A stretch of DNA of 50,252 nt, from positions 1 through 50,252 of the forward strand of contig VBHQ01000056.1 of the NCBI GenBank assembly GCA_005880395.1, in the 5' to 3' direction. The translations under genes and the position numbers were made by a program. Source of the DNA: Chloroflexota bacterium (GTDB taxonomy: Bacteria > Chloroflexota > Dormibacteria > CF-121). Positions 10,226 to 18,219 of the stretch are shown here, piece by piece. The notes under the pieces are model-generated. The model did not search any database. It was not told where the DNA came from and saw only the letters and a list, made by a program, of their open reading frames with translations. Each line of letters opens with the position of its first letter. Position 1 is the first letter of the stretch.

Positions 10226-11316
10226 TTTTTGCCTCCGAGCAGGAGGCCAACGACTGCGTCGAACGAGTCAGGGACGGGGACTCCGCCGGGGCCGGCGCCA
10301 AAGAATGGCGGATTGCACGGCGCGGCGCTGCAGGGACCAACCACGACGTTGATCCTGGTGGCGAAGCCCTGGCCGTCCTGCGCGCCGAAAACGCTGGTGC
10401 TCGATTTCATGCCCCGGTCGAAGGTGGTTGGGTCGGCGACCACCAGATCCGTGTTGGTGGCGAGGGTCCGGCTGATCCCGTTCAGCAGGTTGACGGTCGC
10501 CGGCGCCTGACGAAAGATGTCGTTCAACTGCGCCGCGGTTCCCGAGAGCGACGCATCGCTGCGGCTGAGTGCCGCGTTGGCGTTCGCCAGCGTCGCTTTG
10601 ATCTGGCTGTCCTGCTGGGAGAGCGAATGAAGCAGCACCTCCGAGTTGTGGATCAACGCTCCCAGCTCCTGCCGGCGGTCGCTCTGCGCCAGTTCCGCCG
10701 TCACGGCATCGAGGCCCTGGATCACCTTTTGCAGGTCCTGGTCGCGGGCGGCCAGCGTGTCGGTGATCGCGGCCAGGTGATCCAGATCTTGGCGGCCGTA
10801 GCTGAGCGTCTGGTTGGTCGCCAGGCCTTCACCGGCGAGACCGCCGCCCAGGGAGATCACGAGGGTGCGTAGCTTCTCGCGAGTCGGGGCGTCCAGGCTG
10901 TTGACGACGTCCTGGAGCTCGACGGCGCGGGCAACCTGCGTCTGCGGCAAGCGGGCTCCCGATGACAGGAGACCAGCTGATCCCGGATCGAGGGCGACGT
11001 ATTTCTCACCGAGGAGGCTCTTTGGCCGAACCGTGACCCGAGCGTCGGAATGCACCGGGGCGTAGGCGTCGTCGAGTGCGACGGTCACGAGCGTCTGGTT
11101 GCCGTCGAGCGTGATGTCCTGGACGCTGCCCGCTTTTGCCCCGGCGATCAAGACGTCACTGCCGGGGTAGAGCCCATCAGCCGAGTCGAGCGGGACGACC
11201 AGCCGATACTCGGTCAGGCCGTTGACGATGCGGAAGGAGATGATCGCCAGCAGCACGACCAGTCCGACGATCAGCGCAACCCGATACCGGATCAGCCAGT
11301 TGCGGACGGCGTTCAT
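10222..11316 (-). CDS. MCE/MlaD family protein (1st subunit)
   Basis: N-terminal TM; ADGLYPGSDVLIAGAKAGSV...VRPKSLLGEKYVAL. Confidence 0.9.
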   Translation of the reverse strand: MNAVRNWLIRYRVALIVGLVVLLAIISFRIVNGLTEYRLVVPLDSADGLYPGSDVLIAGAKAGSVQDITLDGNQTLVTVALDDAYAPVHSDARVTVRPKSLLGEKYVALDPGSAGLLSSGARLPQTQVARAVELQDVVNSLDAPTREKLRTLVISLGGGLAGEGLATNQTLSYGRQDLDHLAAITDTLAARDQDLQKVIQGLDAVTAELAQSDRRQELGALIHNSEVLLHSLSQQDSQIKATLANANAALSRSDASLSGTAAQLNDIFRQAPATVNLLNGISRTLATNTDLVVADPTTFDRGMKSSTSVFGAQDGQGFATRINVVVGPCSAAPCNPPFFGAGPGGVPVPDSFDAVVGLLLGGKK

Positions 11317-12123
11317 CTACTCCATCCCAAGCGGACCCTCGACGGCTCCCTTGATGAATTGCTGGGTGAACGGGTTTTCCGAGCGCTGCAACTCGTCCTT
11401 GGAGCCCTCGTCGACCACCTTGCCGCCGTGCAAAAGGATGATGTGGTCACCGATGTTGAAGCAGGACTTGATATCGTGGCTGATCACGATCCCGGTGGAT
11501 TTGTATTTCTGCTGTATCTCCTTGATCAGGTCGCAGAGCAATGCAGTCCGTACCGGATCGAGACCGGAGTCCGGCTCATCGAAGAGCAGAATCTCCGGTT
11601 CGAGCACGAGCGCGCGGGCAAACCCCGCTCGCTTGCGCATCCCTCCCGAGAGCTCATTGGGCATCTTCTTGACGGCATCCGCCAGCCCAACCTCCTCCAG
11701 CCGCTGCATGACAATGTCCTTGATCTCTCCCTCCGATTTCTTGGTGTGCTGCCGGAGCGGAAAGGCGACATTGTCATAGAGGTTCATCGAGCTGAAGAGC
11801 GCGCCGTCCTGGAAGAGCATGCCGACGTTGCGCCGGAGCTCCAGCAGCTCATCATCGCTGAGGTTTGGCACGCTCTTGCCCGCGACGCGAACGTCGCCGC
11901 GGTCAGGGAAGAGCAGGCCGACGATGTGCCGCAGCAGCACGCTTTTGCCGGTGCCCGACGGTCCCATGACCACCGAGATCTTCCCCGCCGGGATGTGGCA
12001 GCTCACCCCTTCGAGCACCTGTTTCTCTTCGAAGGCCTTGTAGACGTCGTCGATCTCGACCATGTGCTCGCCGTTCTTGCCCATGCTCTTGGCCGCTGCT
12101 CCCTTGCTGATGTCGGTGCTCAT
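11317..12123 (-). CDS. mlaF: ABC ATPase of Mce/Mla system (MlaF/Mkl/MceG type)
   Basis: Walker A GPSGTGKS, LFQDGALF, LSGGMRKRAGFARAL, FDEPDSGLDP; ATG12123 overlaps the permease stop. Confidence 0.92.
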   Translation of the reverse strand: MSTDISKGAAAKSMGKNGEHMVEIDDVYKAFEEKQVLEGVSCHIPAGKISVVMGPSGTGKSVLLRHIVGLLFPDRGDVRVAGKSVPNLSDDELLELRRNVGMLFQDGALFSSMNLYDNVAFPLRQHTKKSEGEIKDIVMQRLEEVGLADAVKKMPNELSGGMRKRAGFARALVLEPEILLFDEPDSGLDPVRTALLCDLIKEIQQKYKSTGIVISHDIKSCFNIGDHIILLHGGKVVDEGSKDELQRSENPFTQQFIKGAVEGPLGME

Positions 12124-12953
12124 GAAGGGATTGGAAGGTTGGGGTTCTGGCCCCAGAAGATTTGGGTAAGGACCGCGTTGACGACCACCGTCAGCACCAG
12201 GCTGACCGCCATCGTCTTCGCCACTGCGCGGCCGATGCCCACCGCGCCGCCTTTGACGTGATAGCCGTAATAGACGCCGACGCAGATCACTAGAAAGGCG
12301 AACACCACGGCCTTGATGAGCGAGTAGCCGAAATCGGTCAGGTTGCTGAAGCGCCAGAAGTACGAGAAGTACACGCCGTTGGACACCAAACCGATCTGGA
12401 ACCGCTGCACCACCCAGCTGGCGAAGAAGCTCGCGCCCAGCGCCAGCACATACATCAGCGGCAGCACCAGCAGCGCCGCGATCATCCGGGTGGTGACCAG
12501 GAAAGGTACCGATGGCACGCCCATCGTTTCGAGGGCATCGATCTCCTCGTTGATCCGCATCGTTCCCAGCTCGGCGACCAGCCCGCAGCCGACCTTGGCG
12601 CCGATCGCGAAGCCAAAGAAGATGGGGGTGATCTCGCGCATATCGCAGAGCGCGTTGAAGACGCCCGCCAGGCTTTCCGCGCCGCCGAGCTGATGCAATG
12701 AGTAATAGGCCTCGACCGAGCATTCGGAGCCGCTGAAATAGGTCATCACCAGCGCGACCGGCGTCGAGCCGATCGCGAGGAACGCCGCGTACCACCAGAT
12801 CTCGCTGCGGTAGCGAAGCGCCCGCGGAACCTGGGAAAGAGCCCGGATCGCGAAAAGCACGATCTCGCCCAGGACTTCGAAGAGACCGAGGCCGGGCGCC
12901 CAGAAGTGGGTTGGCACCGGAGCGAGCTGTGGCGGCCTAACGGTGGTGGCCAT
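12120..12953 (-). CDS. mlaE: YrbE/MlaE permease B
   Basis: REITP...AKVGCGLVAELGTMRINEEIDALETMG...GGAVGIGRAV. Confidence 0.92.
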   Translation of the reverse strand: MATTVRPPQLAPVPTHFWAPGLGLFEVLGEIVLFAIRALSQVPRALRYRSEIWWYAAFLAIGSTPVALVMTYFSGSECSVEAYYSLHQLGGAESLAGVFNALCDMREITPIFFGFAIGAKVGCGLVAELGTMRINEEIDALETMGVPSVPFLVTTRMIAALLVLPLMYVLALGASFFASWVVQRFQIGLVSNGVYFSYFWRFSNLTDFGYSLIKAVVFAFLVICVGVYYGYHVKGGAVGIGRAVAKTMAVSLVLTVVVNAVLTQIFWGQNPNLPIPS

Positions 12954-12959
12954 CGTGTC

Positions 12960-13772
12960 TCAGCGCAGCACGTTCTGGGTGTGGAACAGGGCCAGAACGG
13001 TGGGCGTGTACAGGTACTCGAGCGCCTGGATTCCGATGAAACACCAGACGACACCGGAATGGACCGCGCGTGCGACGCCTTCGGCGCCGCCTTTGGCGGT
13101 TATACCTTTATATATGCAGATGGCGGCGACGAGCGCGCCGAACAGGATGCACTTGATCTCGCCGCCGAAGAGGTCGACGAGTGTTCCCTGAGTGACAAAG
13201 CTCGCTAGGAAGGCGCCGGGGTTGACGCCAACCACGGCGACTGCGACCAGGAAACCGGACAGCGTCGTGAAAACGATCATCGGCACGTTGTAGAGCGCCG
13301 TCATCACCATCAGTGCCAGTGCCCGGGGAACCACGATGAAGAGCACATTCGAGAGTCCCATCACGCTCAGCGCCTCCAGTTCCTGCCGCACCTGCCGCGC
13401 TCCCAGGTCGGCGACGATCGCGGTGCCGCTGACGGCGGCGATCATCAGCCCGGTGGCGACCGGCGAGAATTCCCGGATGTTGGCCATCACGGTGAAGCCG
13501 CCCAGCCGCCACTCGCTGTTGGCGGCCCTGAAGAAATGACCGGCCTCGAGCGACACGATCACCCCCCAGCCGACCCCGGTGAGCAGCAGCGGGATGAAGT
13601 TGGCGGTCAGGATGAAGCGGCACTGGTCGAAGAATTCTTTCCAGTAAAAGGGGCGGCGCATGGCGCCGCGCAGGGCAGCCCCGAACAGCAGGCTGAGCTC
13701 ACCGACACTGCCGACCGATTGCCGCGCGCGCCCGATCACCGGTCGTCCCCCTGCCGGCGCCTCGCCTGCCAC
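12960..13772 (-). CDS. mlaE: YrbE/MlaE permease A
   Basis: REFSP...GTAIVADLGARQVRQELEALSVMG...KGGAEGVARAV. Confidence 0.92.
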   Translation of the reverse strand: MAGEAPAGGRPVIGRARQSVGSVGELSLLFGAALRGAMRRPFYWKEFFDQCRFILTANFIPLLLTGVGWGVIVSLEAGHFFRAANSEWRLGGFTVMANIREFSPVATGLMIAAVSGTAIVADLGARQVRQELEALSVMGLSNVLFIVVPRALALMVMTALYNVPMIVFTTLSGFLVAVAVVGVNPGAFLASFVTQGTLVDLFGGEIKCILFGALVAAICIYKGITAKGGAEGVARAVHSGVVWCFIGIQALEYLYTPTVLALFHTQNVLR

Positions 13773-13940
13773 CCGACGGAGGGCCGCTCACCCATCCCAA
13801 CATCAATATATACAGGTTTTTGCACAATTCCTGAACCCTTTCATAGGGACTCGACGCTATCCCACGGCGCGGCCGTCACATTCAGCGGATCGGCGGTGCA
13901 TGACTGGTAGATGCTTTATGCGCAGCCATCGCGGCGGACC

Positions 13941-13967
13941 GTAACGCCGCTATGGCTACGAGCCGTT
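13941..13967 (+). promoter_or_regulatory. Possible ECF-type promoter (GTAAC-N18-CGTT) ahead of the sigma gene
   Basis: AAC/CGT pattern typical of ECF promoters, 9 nt before in-frame GTG13977; autoregulation is inferred. Confidence 0.35.
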
Positions 13968-13976
13968 AACCCACCG

Positions 13977-14474
13977 GTGCCGGATCCCTTCGAGCGGCTC
14001 TTTCTCCAGGAGTACCCGAAGGTGGTGGCGATCGCTTACCGGGTACTGGCCGATCGTACGGCAGCCGAAGACGTCGCCCAGGAGGTCTTCCTAAAGTTTC
14101 ATCGGAGCATCTCCCCCGACTCCGAGCGGGCTTCCGGGTGGCTGCACGCGGCTGCCGTCCATTCGGCGCTGAACCGGCTTCGGGGCGAACGCCGCCGGGT
14201 CGTGCGCGAGACGGCCCATGCACGGTAGGCGGCGCAGGCGTTGAACCCGGATCCGCAGACGCTCGTGGTGGAGGCCGATCGCCGGCGGCGCGTGCGATCC
14301 GCGCTTGCCCGGCTGCCGGAACGAACCGCCTCAGTGCTGTTGCTCCGGCACAGCGGTTTGAGTTACGCGGAAATTGCGACCGCGCTCGGCGTCAAGGTCG
14401 GAAACGTCGGAACCGTGCTGCGCCGTGCGGAAGAGACTTTGCGCAAGGAGGTCGATCGTGCGGCATTTGAATGA
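13977..14474 (+). pseudogene. ECF sigma-70 factor interrupted by in-frame TAG at 14226-14228 (start may be 13911)
   Basis: Region 2 (FERLF...AAEDVAQEVFLK...GWL) and region 4 (ALARLPER...LLLRHSGLSYAEIA) are in the same frame on either side of the TAG. Confidence 0.8.
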
Positions 14475-15558
14475 CGGGACGCTGCGGCGGATGTCGGACG
14501 AGCCGCTGGCCCTGACGGCGAGCGACCAGTCGCACTTCGATGGTTGCGCCGAATGTCGCAGCCGCCACGAGGCGATCGCGAACCGGGCGCGGGCCAGCTC
14601 CGCCATGCTGGCTGTCCCTTCCTTTGAGCCGCAGCCGGTGGCGGCGCTTGCCACGTTTCGCAAGCACCTGGCCGGACAGGGGGCGCGTCGGGTGCCTTTC
14701 TATCAGCGGTGGATCGATCGAAACGCGCCACGGATGCGCCCGCTGGCCACGCCGGTCATGGCGATCGTTCTGTCCGCGATCCTGGTTACGGGTCTGGCCG
14801 CGACCGGCATCGCCGTTACCATGCTCCGCGTCTACGCGCCCGATCACGTCACCCCCGTCCCGGTGTCACCTTCGGCATTCGCGCCGGCAAGTCTGCTGCT
14901 GGATTACGGGACGGTCAAATGGCTGCCTGCTCCGCCCTCGCTGCAACAGCTGAGCGACCCGGTTGCTGCCCACGCCCAGACTGGACTGCCCGTCCTGATG
15001 CCGGCAGCGCTGCCCAACGGGATCACTGGGCCCGTGACCTACGGTGTGGTGTCGCAGGCGGCCGGGAGTCTCACGTTCGATGCCAAACGCCTGGCGGCAT
15101 CCGCGGCGAAGCAGCACGTGAACGTCAAGCGGATGCCGTCGAGCATCGATGGCAACACCCTGGTCGTCAATGCGGGGCCTGCTCTGCTAGAGGTCTGGGG
15201 TCTATCAGGACAAAGCCAGGCGCCGACGCTGGTGATCGCGCAAACCCGAGTGCCGACCGTCGACTCCACCGGCGCGTCGCAGGCCGAGCTCGAGAATTAC
15301 CTGCTCTCGCAGCCCGGGGTCCCACCCGATTTCGCGAGCCAGATCAAGGCGATCAAGGATCCCAGCACGACGCTTCCGCTGCCGATTCCCCAGGGGCTCG
15401 CGACCACGGAGTCGACAACGGTGAACGGTCACCAGGCGACGCTGATCAAGGCGGTGATCGGCGCGGGCGTGGTCTGGATCCAGAATGGCGTAATCTACGC
15501 CGTCGGAGGCCAGCTGACTCCGGACCAGGTTGTCGCCATTGCAAGCACGCTCCATTGA
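14458..15558 (+). CDS. Zinc-binding anti-sigma factor (ZAS) with TM and extracytoplasmic domain
   Basis: GGAGG RBS before GTG14458; HxxxCxxC (HFDGCAEC); one TM; overlaps the sigma gene end. Confidence 0.8.
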   Translation: MRHLNDGTLRRMSDEPLALTASDQSHFDGCAECRSRHEAIANRARASSAMLAVPSFEPQPVAALATFRKHLAGQGARRVPFYQRWIDRNAPRMRPLATPVMAIVLSAILVTGLAATGIAVTMLRVYAPDHVTPVPVSPSAFAPASLLLDYGTVKWLPAPPSLQQLSDPVAAHAQTGLPVLMPAALPNGITGPVTYGVVSQAAGSLTFDAKRLAASAAKQHVNVKRMPSSIDGNTLVVNAGPALLEVWGLSGQSQAPTLVIAQTRVPTVDSTGASQAELENYLLSQPGVPPDFASQIKAIKDPSTTLPLPIPQGLATTESTTVNGHQATLIKAVIGAGVVWIQNGVIYAVGGQLTPDQVVAIASTLH

Positions 15559-16501
15559 TCCACCGGCGCTGAATCCGGACGAGGCGGCGGGCGCCGCCTC
15601 GCTTGCCATCCATACCCAGGACCTGGCGAAACGCTACGGAAAAACGGTCGCCTTGGCCGGCTTGACGATGAGCGTTCGTCGCGCCGAGGTGTTCGGCTTT
15701 CTGGGGCCGAACGGCGCCGGGAAGACGACGGCGGTCAAGCTGCTGGTCGGATTGGCGCTCCCGACCGCCGGCCAGGGCTGGGTCCTTGGCGCGCCGGTTG
15801 GTGACCTGAAGACGCGCCGCCGCCTCGGTTATCTGCCCGAGTTATTTCGTTACCAGGGCTGGATGTCCGCCCGGGAGGTGCTCGAGCTGCATTGCAAGCT
15901 GGCCCAGATCCCGCGGCCCGACTGGAAGAAGGAGATCGATGCGGCGCTCGAGCTGGTCGGCCTCAGCGACCGAGCCGGTGACCGGGTCGACGGCTTTTCC
16001 AAAGGCATGCAGCAGCGCCTGGGTCTCGGCGTCGCGCTCCTCGGCCGGCCGGACCTGGTGCTGCTCGATGAGCCGACGTCGGCCCTCGACCCGGTGGGGC
16101 GTCATGATGTCCGCGAGGTGATTCGCGCCCTGAAGGGGCGCGGCACCGCGGTCTTTTTGAACTCCCATCTGCTGACCGAAGTCGAACAGATCTGCGATCG
16201 GATCGCGGTCGTCGATCATGGCCGCGTGATCGCAACCGGAACCATGGCCGAGATCCTGGGCAAGGACGGCGCGGTTCGCATCCGCGCCACCGGGCTGGCG
16301 ACCACCGGCCGGGCGGCGCTCCGTGCCTACGGAAGCTTCGACGACGAGGGGGAGTGGCTGACCTTCCGTGGACTCTCGCAGGATCGAGTGCCAGACCTGG
16401 TGGGCGAGATCGTTCGCCAGGGCGGGCGGGTGTACGCCGTGGAGCCGAGGCATGAAACCCTCGAGGACCGGTTTCTCGAGTTGCTCAAGGAGAACGGGTG
16501 A
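15530..16501 (+). CDS. ABC-2 type exporter ATP-binding protein
   Basis: GPNGAGKT, FSKGMQQRLG, LDEPTSALD, NSHLL. Confidence 0.92.
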   Translation: MSPLQARSIDPPALNPDEAAGAASLAIHTQDLAKRYGKTVALAGLTMSVRRAEVFGFLGPNGAGKTTAVKLLVGLALPTAGQGWVLGAPVGDLKTRRRLGYLPELFRYQGWMSAREVLELHCKLAQIPRPDWKKEIDAALELVGLSDRAGDRVDGFSKGMQQRLGLGVALLGRPDLVLLDEPTSALDPVGRHDVREVIRALKGRGTAVFLNSHLLTEVEQICDRIAVVDHGRVIATGTMAEILGKDGAVRIRATGLATTGRAALRAYGSFDDEGEWLTFRGLSQDRVPDLVGEIVRQGGRVYAVEPRHETLEDRFLELLKENG

Positions 16502-17199
16502 ATCGGGTTCTGACGATTGCGCGGCTCACCGTGCTGGAAGCGTCGCGCCGAAAGCTGCTACTGGCCCTCGCCTTGCTGACGCTCGCTGTTATTGTGCTGA
16601 CCAGCTGGGGATTCAGCCGCCTCCCGACCATGAAGGACGTGACCCCGGCCCAGGTTCGGCTGGCTGCCTCGCAGCTGACCATCCTGGTCGCCTTCATGTT
16701 CAGCGGCGTGCTGGCGCTCGGCTCGACCCTGGTGGCGGCGCCGGCGATTGCCAGCGACATCGAGTCCGGGATCGCGCTCGCTATCCTGCCGCGGCCGATT
16801 CGCCGCAGCCAAGTCCTGATGGGCAAGTGGCTCGGCCTGGCTGTCCTGGTGGTGCTCTCGCCGATGACGGGCGGCGTCATCGCGCTGGTGCTCTTCTTCG
16901 TGGCCTGGATCGGCGGTATCGCGCTGGCCATCGGTCAGGTGTTCGGCAACGACACCATCATCAATATCGGTGTCGGCAGCCGGCTGCTGATTCCGACCGA
17001 CGGCCTCTGGCACGGCGCCATCTTTTACCTCGAACCGTCGGACATCCTGGCGGCCGCGAGAGTGGCGGGGCGGGCGCGCGCCGGAAACCCATTCTTTGCC
17101 GATCAGCCGCTCGCCTTCAAGTACATCCTCTGGGTTATCGCCTGGCTGGTGGCTGTGCTTGGCCTCGCCAACTGGAGCTTCGCTCGCCGCGACCTCTAG
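16498..17199 (+). CDS. ABC-2 type exporter permease; probably internally deleted near 16853
   Basis: TIARLTVLEASRRK start, DIESG..L.IL.RPIRRSQVLMGKWLG, C-terminal FARRDL. Confidence 0.85.
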   Translation: MNRVLTIARLTVLEASRRKLLLALALLTLAVIVLTSWGFSRLPTMKDVTPAQVRLAASQLTILVAFMFSGVLALGSTLVAAPAIASDIESGIALAILPRPIRRSQVLMGKWLGLAVLVVLSPMTGGVIALVLFFVAWIGGIALAIGQVFGNDTIINIGVGSRLLIPTDGLWHGAIFYLEPSDILAAARVAGRARAGNPFFADQPLAFKYILWVIAWLVAVLGLANWSFARRDL

Positions 17200-17285
17200 A
17201 CGTATCGGAGACGGTTACTGTCAGCGGAGCGGAGAAAGATCCTGACACCTCGAACAACTCGGTGGTGTTGACCGCGACTACATAG
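17200..17285 (+). pseudogene. Orphan 3' fragment resembling a DUF11-type Ig-like domain C-terminus
   Basis: Translates DVSETVTVSGAEKDPDTSNNSVVLTATT*, matching the T.TVS...DP...NN pattern, with no upstream body. Confidence 0.5.
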
Positions 17286-17312
17286 GCAGGCTGTCTCCAA
17301 CCGGGACCATTC

Positions 17313-18095
17313 TTATTTGGTGCCTTTGACCCGGGGGCGGAGGGCCACGAGTGCAGCTGCCTGAATCACGAGCGCGACTACGACGGCTAGGAGGAAAGCA
17401 CCGCCGATGCCGAGTGATCCAAGCGTCGCGCCAAGAACGCTGAAAAAGGCTGCAAATGCGAACAGCCCAAACATCAGGCCGCGCCAGACGGCAGCCGCGG
17501 AATCAATGCCGTCCCGCCGGTGAGCAAAGACTGCCAGGATCGCCGCATAAAGCGGAAAGGGTGAAAGCAGGCCGCTAAGGCGGGGCCCGAGCGCTGGCGC
17601 GACTGCCGTCAGGCCGACGACGAGGCCGGTCGCGATCGCGATTCGCAGGGGAATGTCAGCGGGCTCTGCCTTACCGGCCTCGCTGATTCGAATCACGTTC
17701 CGGGGCATGAGTGCGATCGCGATAACCAGCGAGATGGCGACCAGAACTGGCTCGACCACCGGCGGCAGGCGTAGGACGTCGAACAGCACGGTAGCCAACC
17801 CGAAGAAGGCCGTCCCGGCGGCTACGCCGACGGTCCAGCTCCGTTTCCCACCGAGCCAGACGTAGGCAAGGCCGAAGACCGCCTGCGACGTGACGCCGAG
17901 GAGGACCCCAAGGGCGGCGACGGCAGCAAACCGGTTGCCCTGATCGAGGGCGAGGAAGAAGACGACCGGTCCGGAGGTCAAGGGCAGGCCCACCAGCCAG
18001 CCACTCATCGCGTCCCCCCATCGCCGGCCGACAAGGGTCGCGCCGGTGATCAGGACCGGAGTAACGACCAGCTTGAGCGGGAGGTTTTGGAACAT
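17313..18095 (-). CDS. Conserved multi-pass membrane protein, function unknown
   Basis: About 8 TM with internal duplication (RRWG..SGWLVGLPLTSGP / ALGPRLSGLLSPFP). Confidence 0.75.
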   Translation of the reverse strand: MFQNLPLKLVVTPVLITGATLVGRRWGDAMSGWLVGLPLTSGPVVFFLALDQGNRFAAVAALGVLLGVTSQAVFGLAYVWLGGKRSWTVGVAAGTAFFGLATVLFDVLRLPPVVEPVLVAISLVIAIALMPRNVIRISEAGKAEPADIPLRIAIATGLVVGLTAVAPALGPRLSGLLSPFPLYAAILAVFAHRRDGIDSAAAVWRGLMFGLFAFAAFFSVLGATLGSLGIGGAFLLAVVVALVIQAAALVALRPRVKGTK

Positions 18096-18143
18096 AGGGT
18101 TTTGCGATAGCGCCGGCATTGGCAACGTCGCCCGGTCGACCCA

Positions 18144-18172
18144 TTGACTTGGGCAGGTGGCAAACGTACATT
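18144..18172 (+). promoter_or_regulatory. Sigma-70 type promoter of the pyrimidine operon
   Basis: TTGACT-N17-TACATT; GGAGG RBS before ATG18220. Confidence 0.7.
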
Positions 18173-18219
18173 AAGGTCGCCGAAAGTTCGGATTTTCGAA
18201 TACACACGGAGGGGATTAC

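Noticed and set aside
12124-12795. Long N-terminal domain on the Mce ATPase (492-aa ORF)
   Set aside because: Alternate frame over the YrbE-B gene; a coupled ATG exists at 12123
14226-14228. Genome-wide TAG recoding
   Set aside because: Many clear genes here end properly at TAG (for example 219, 17199, 20741, 25668, 31871)
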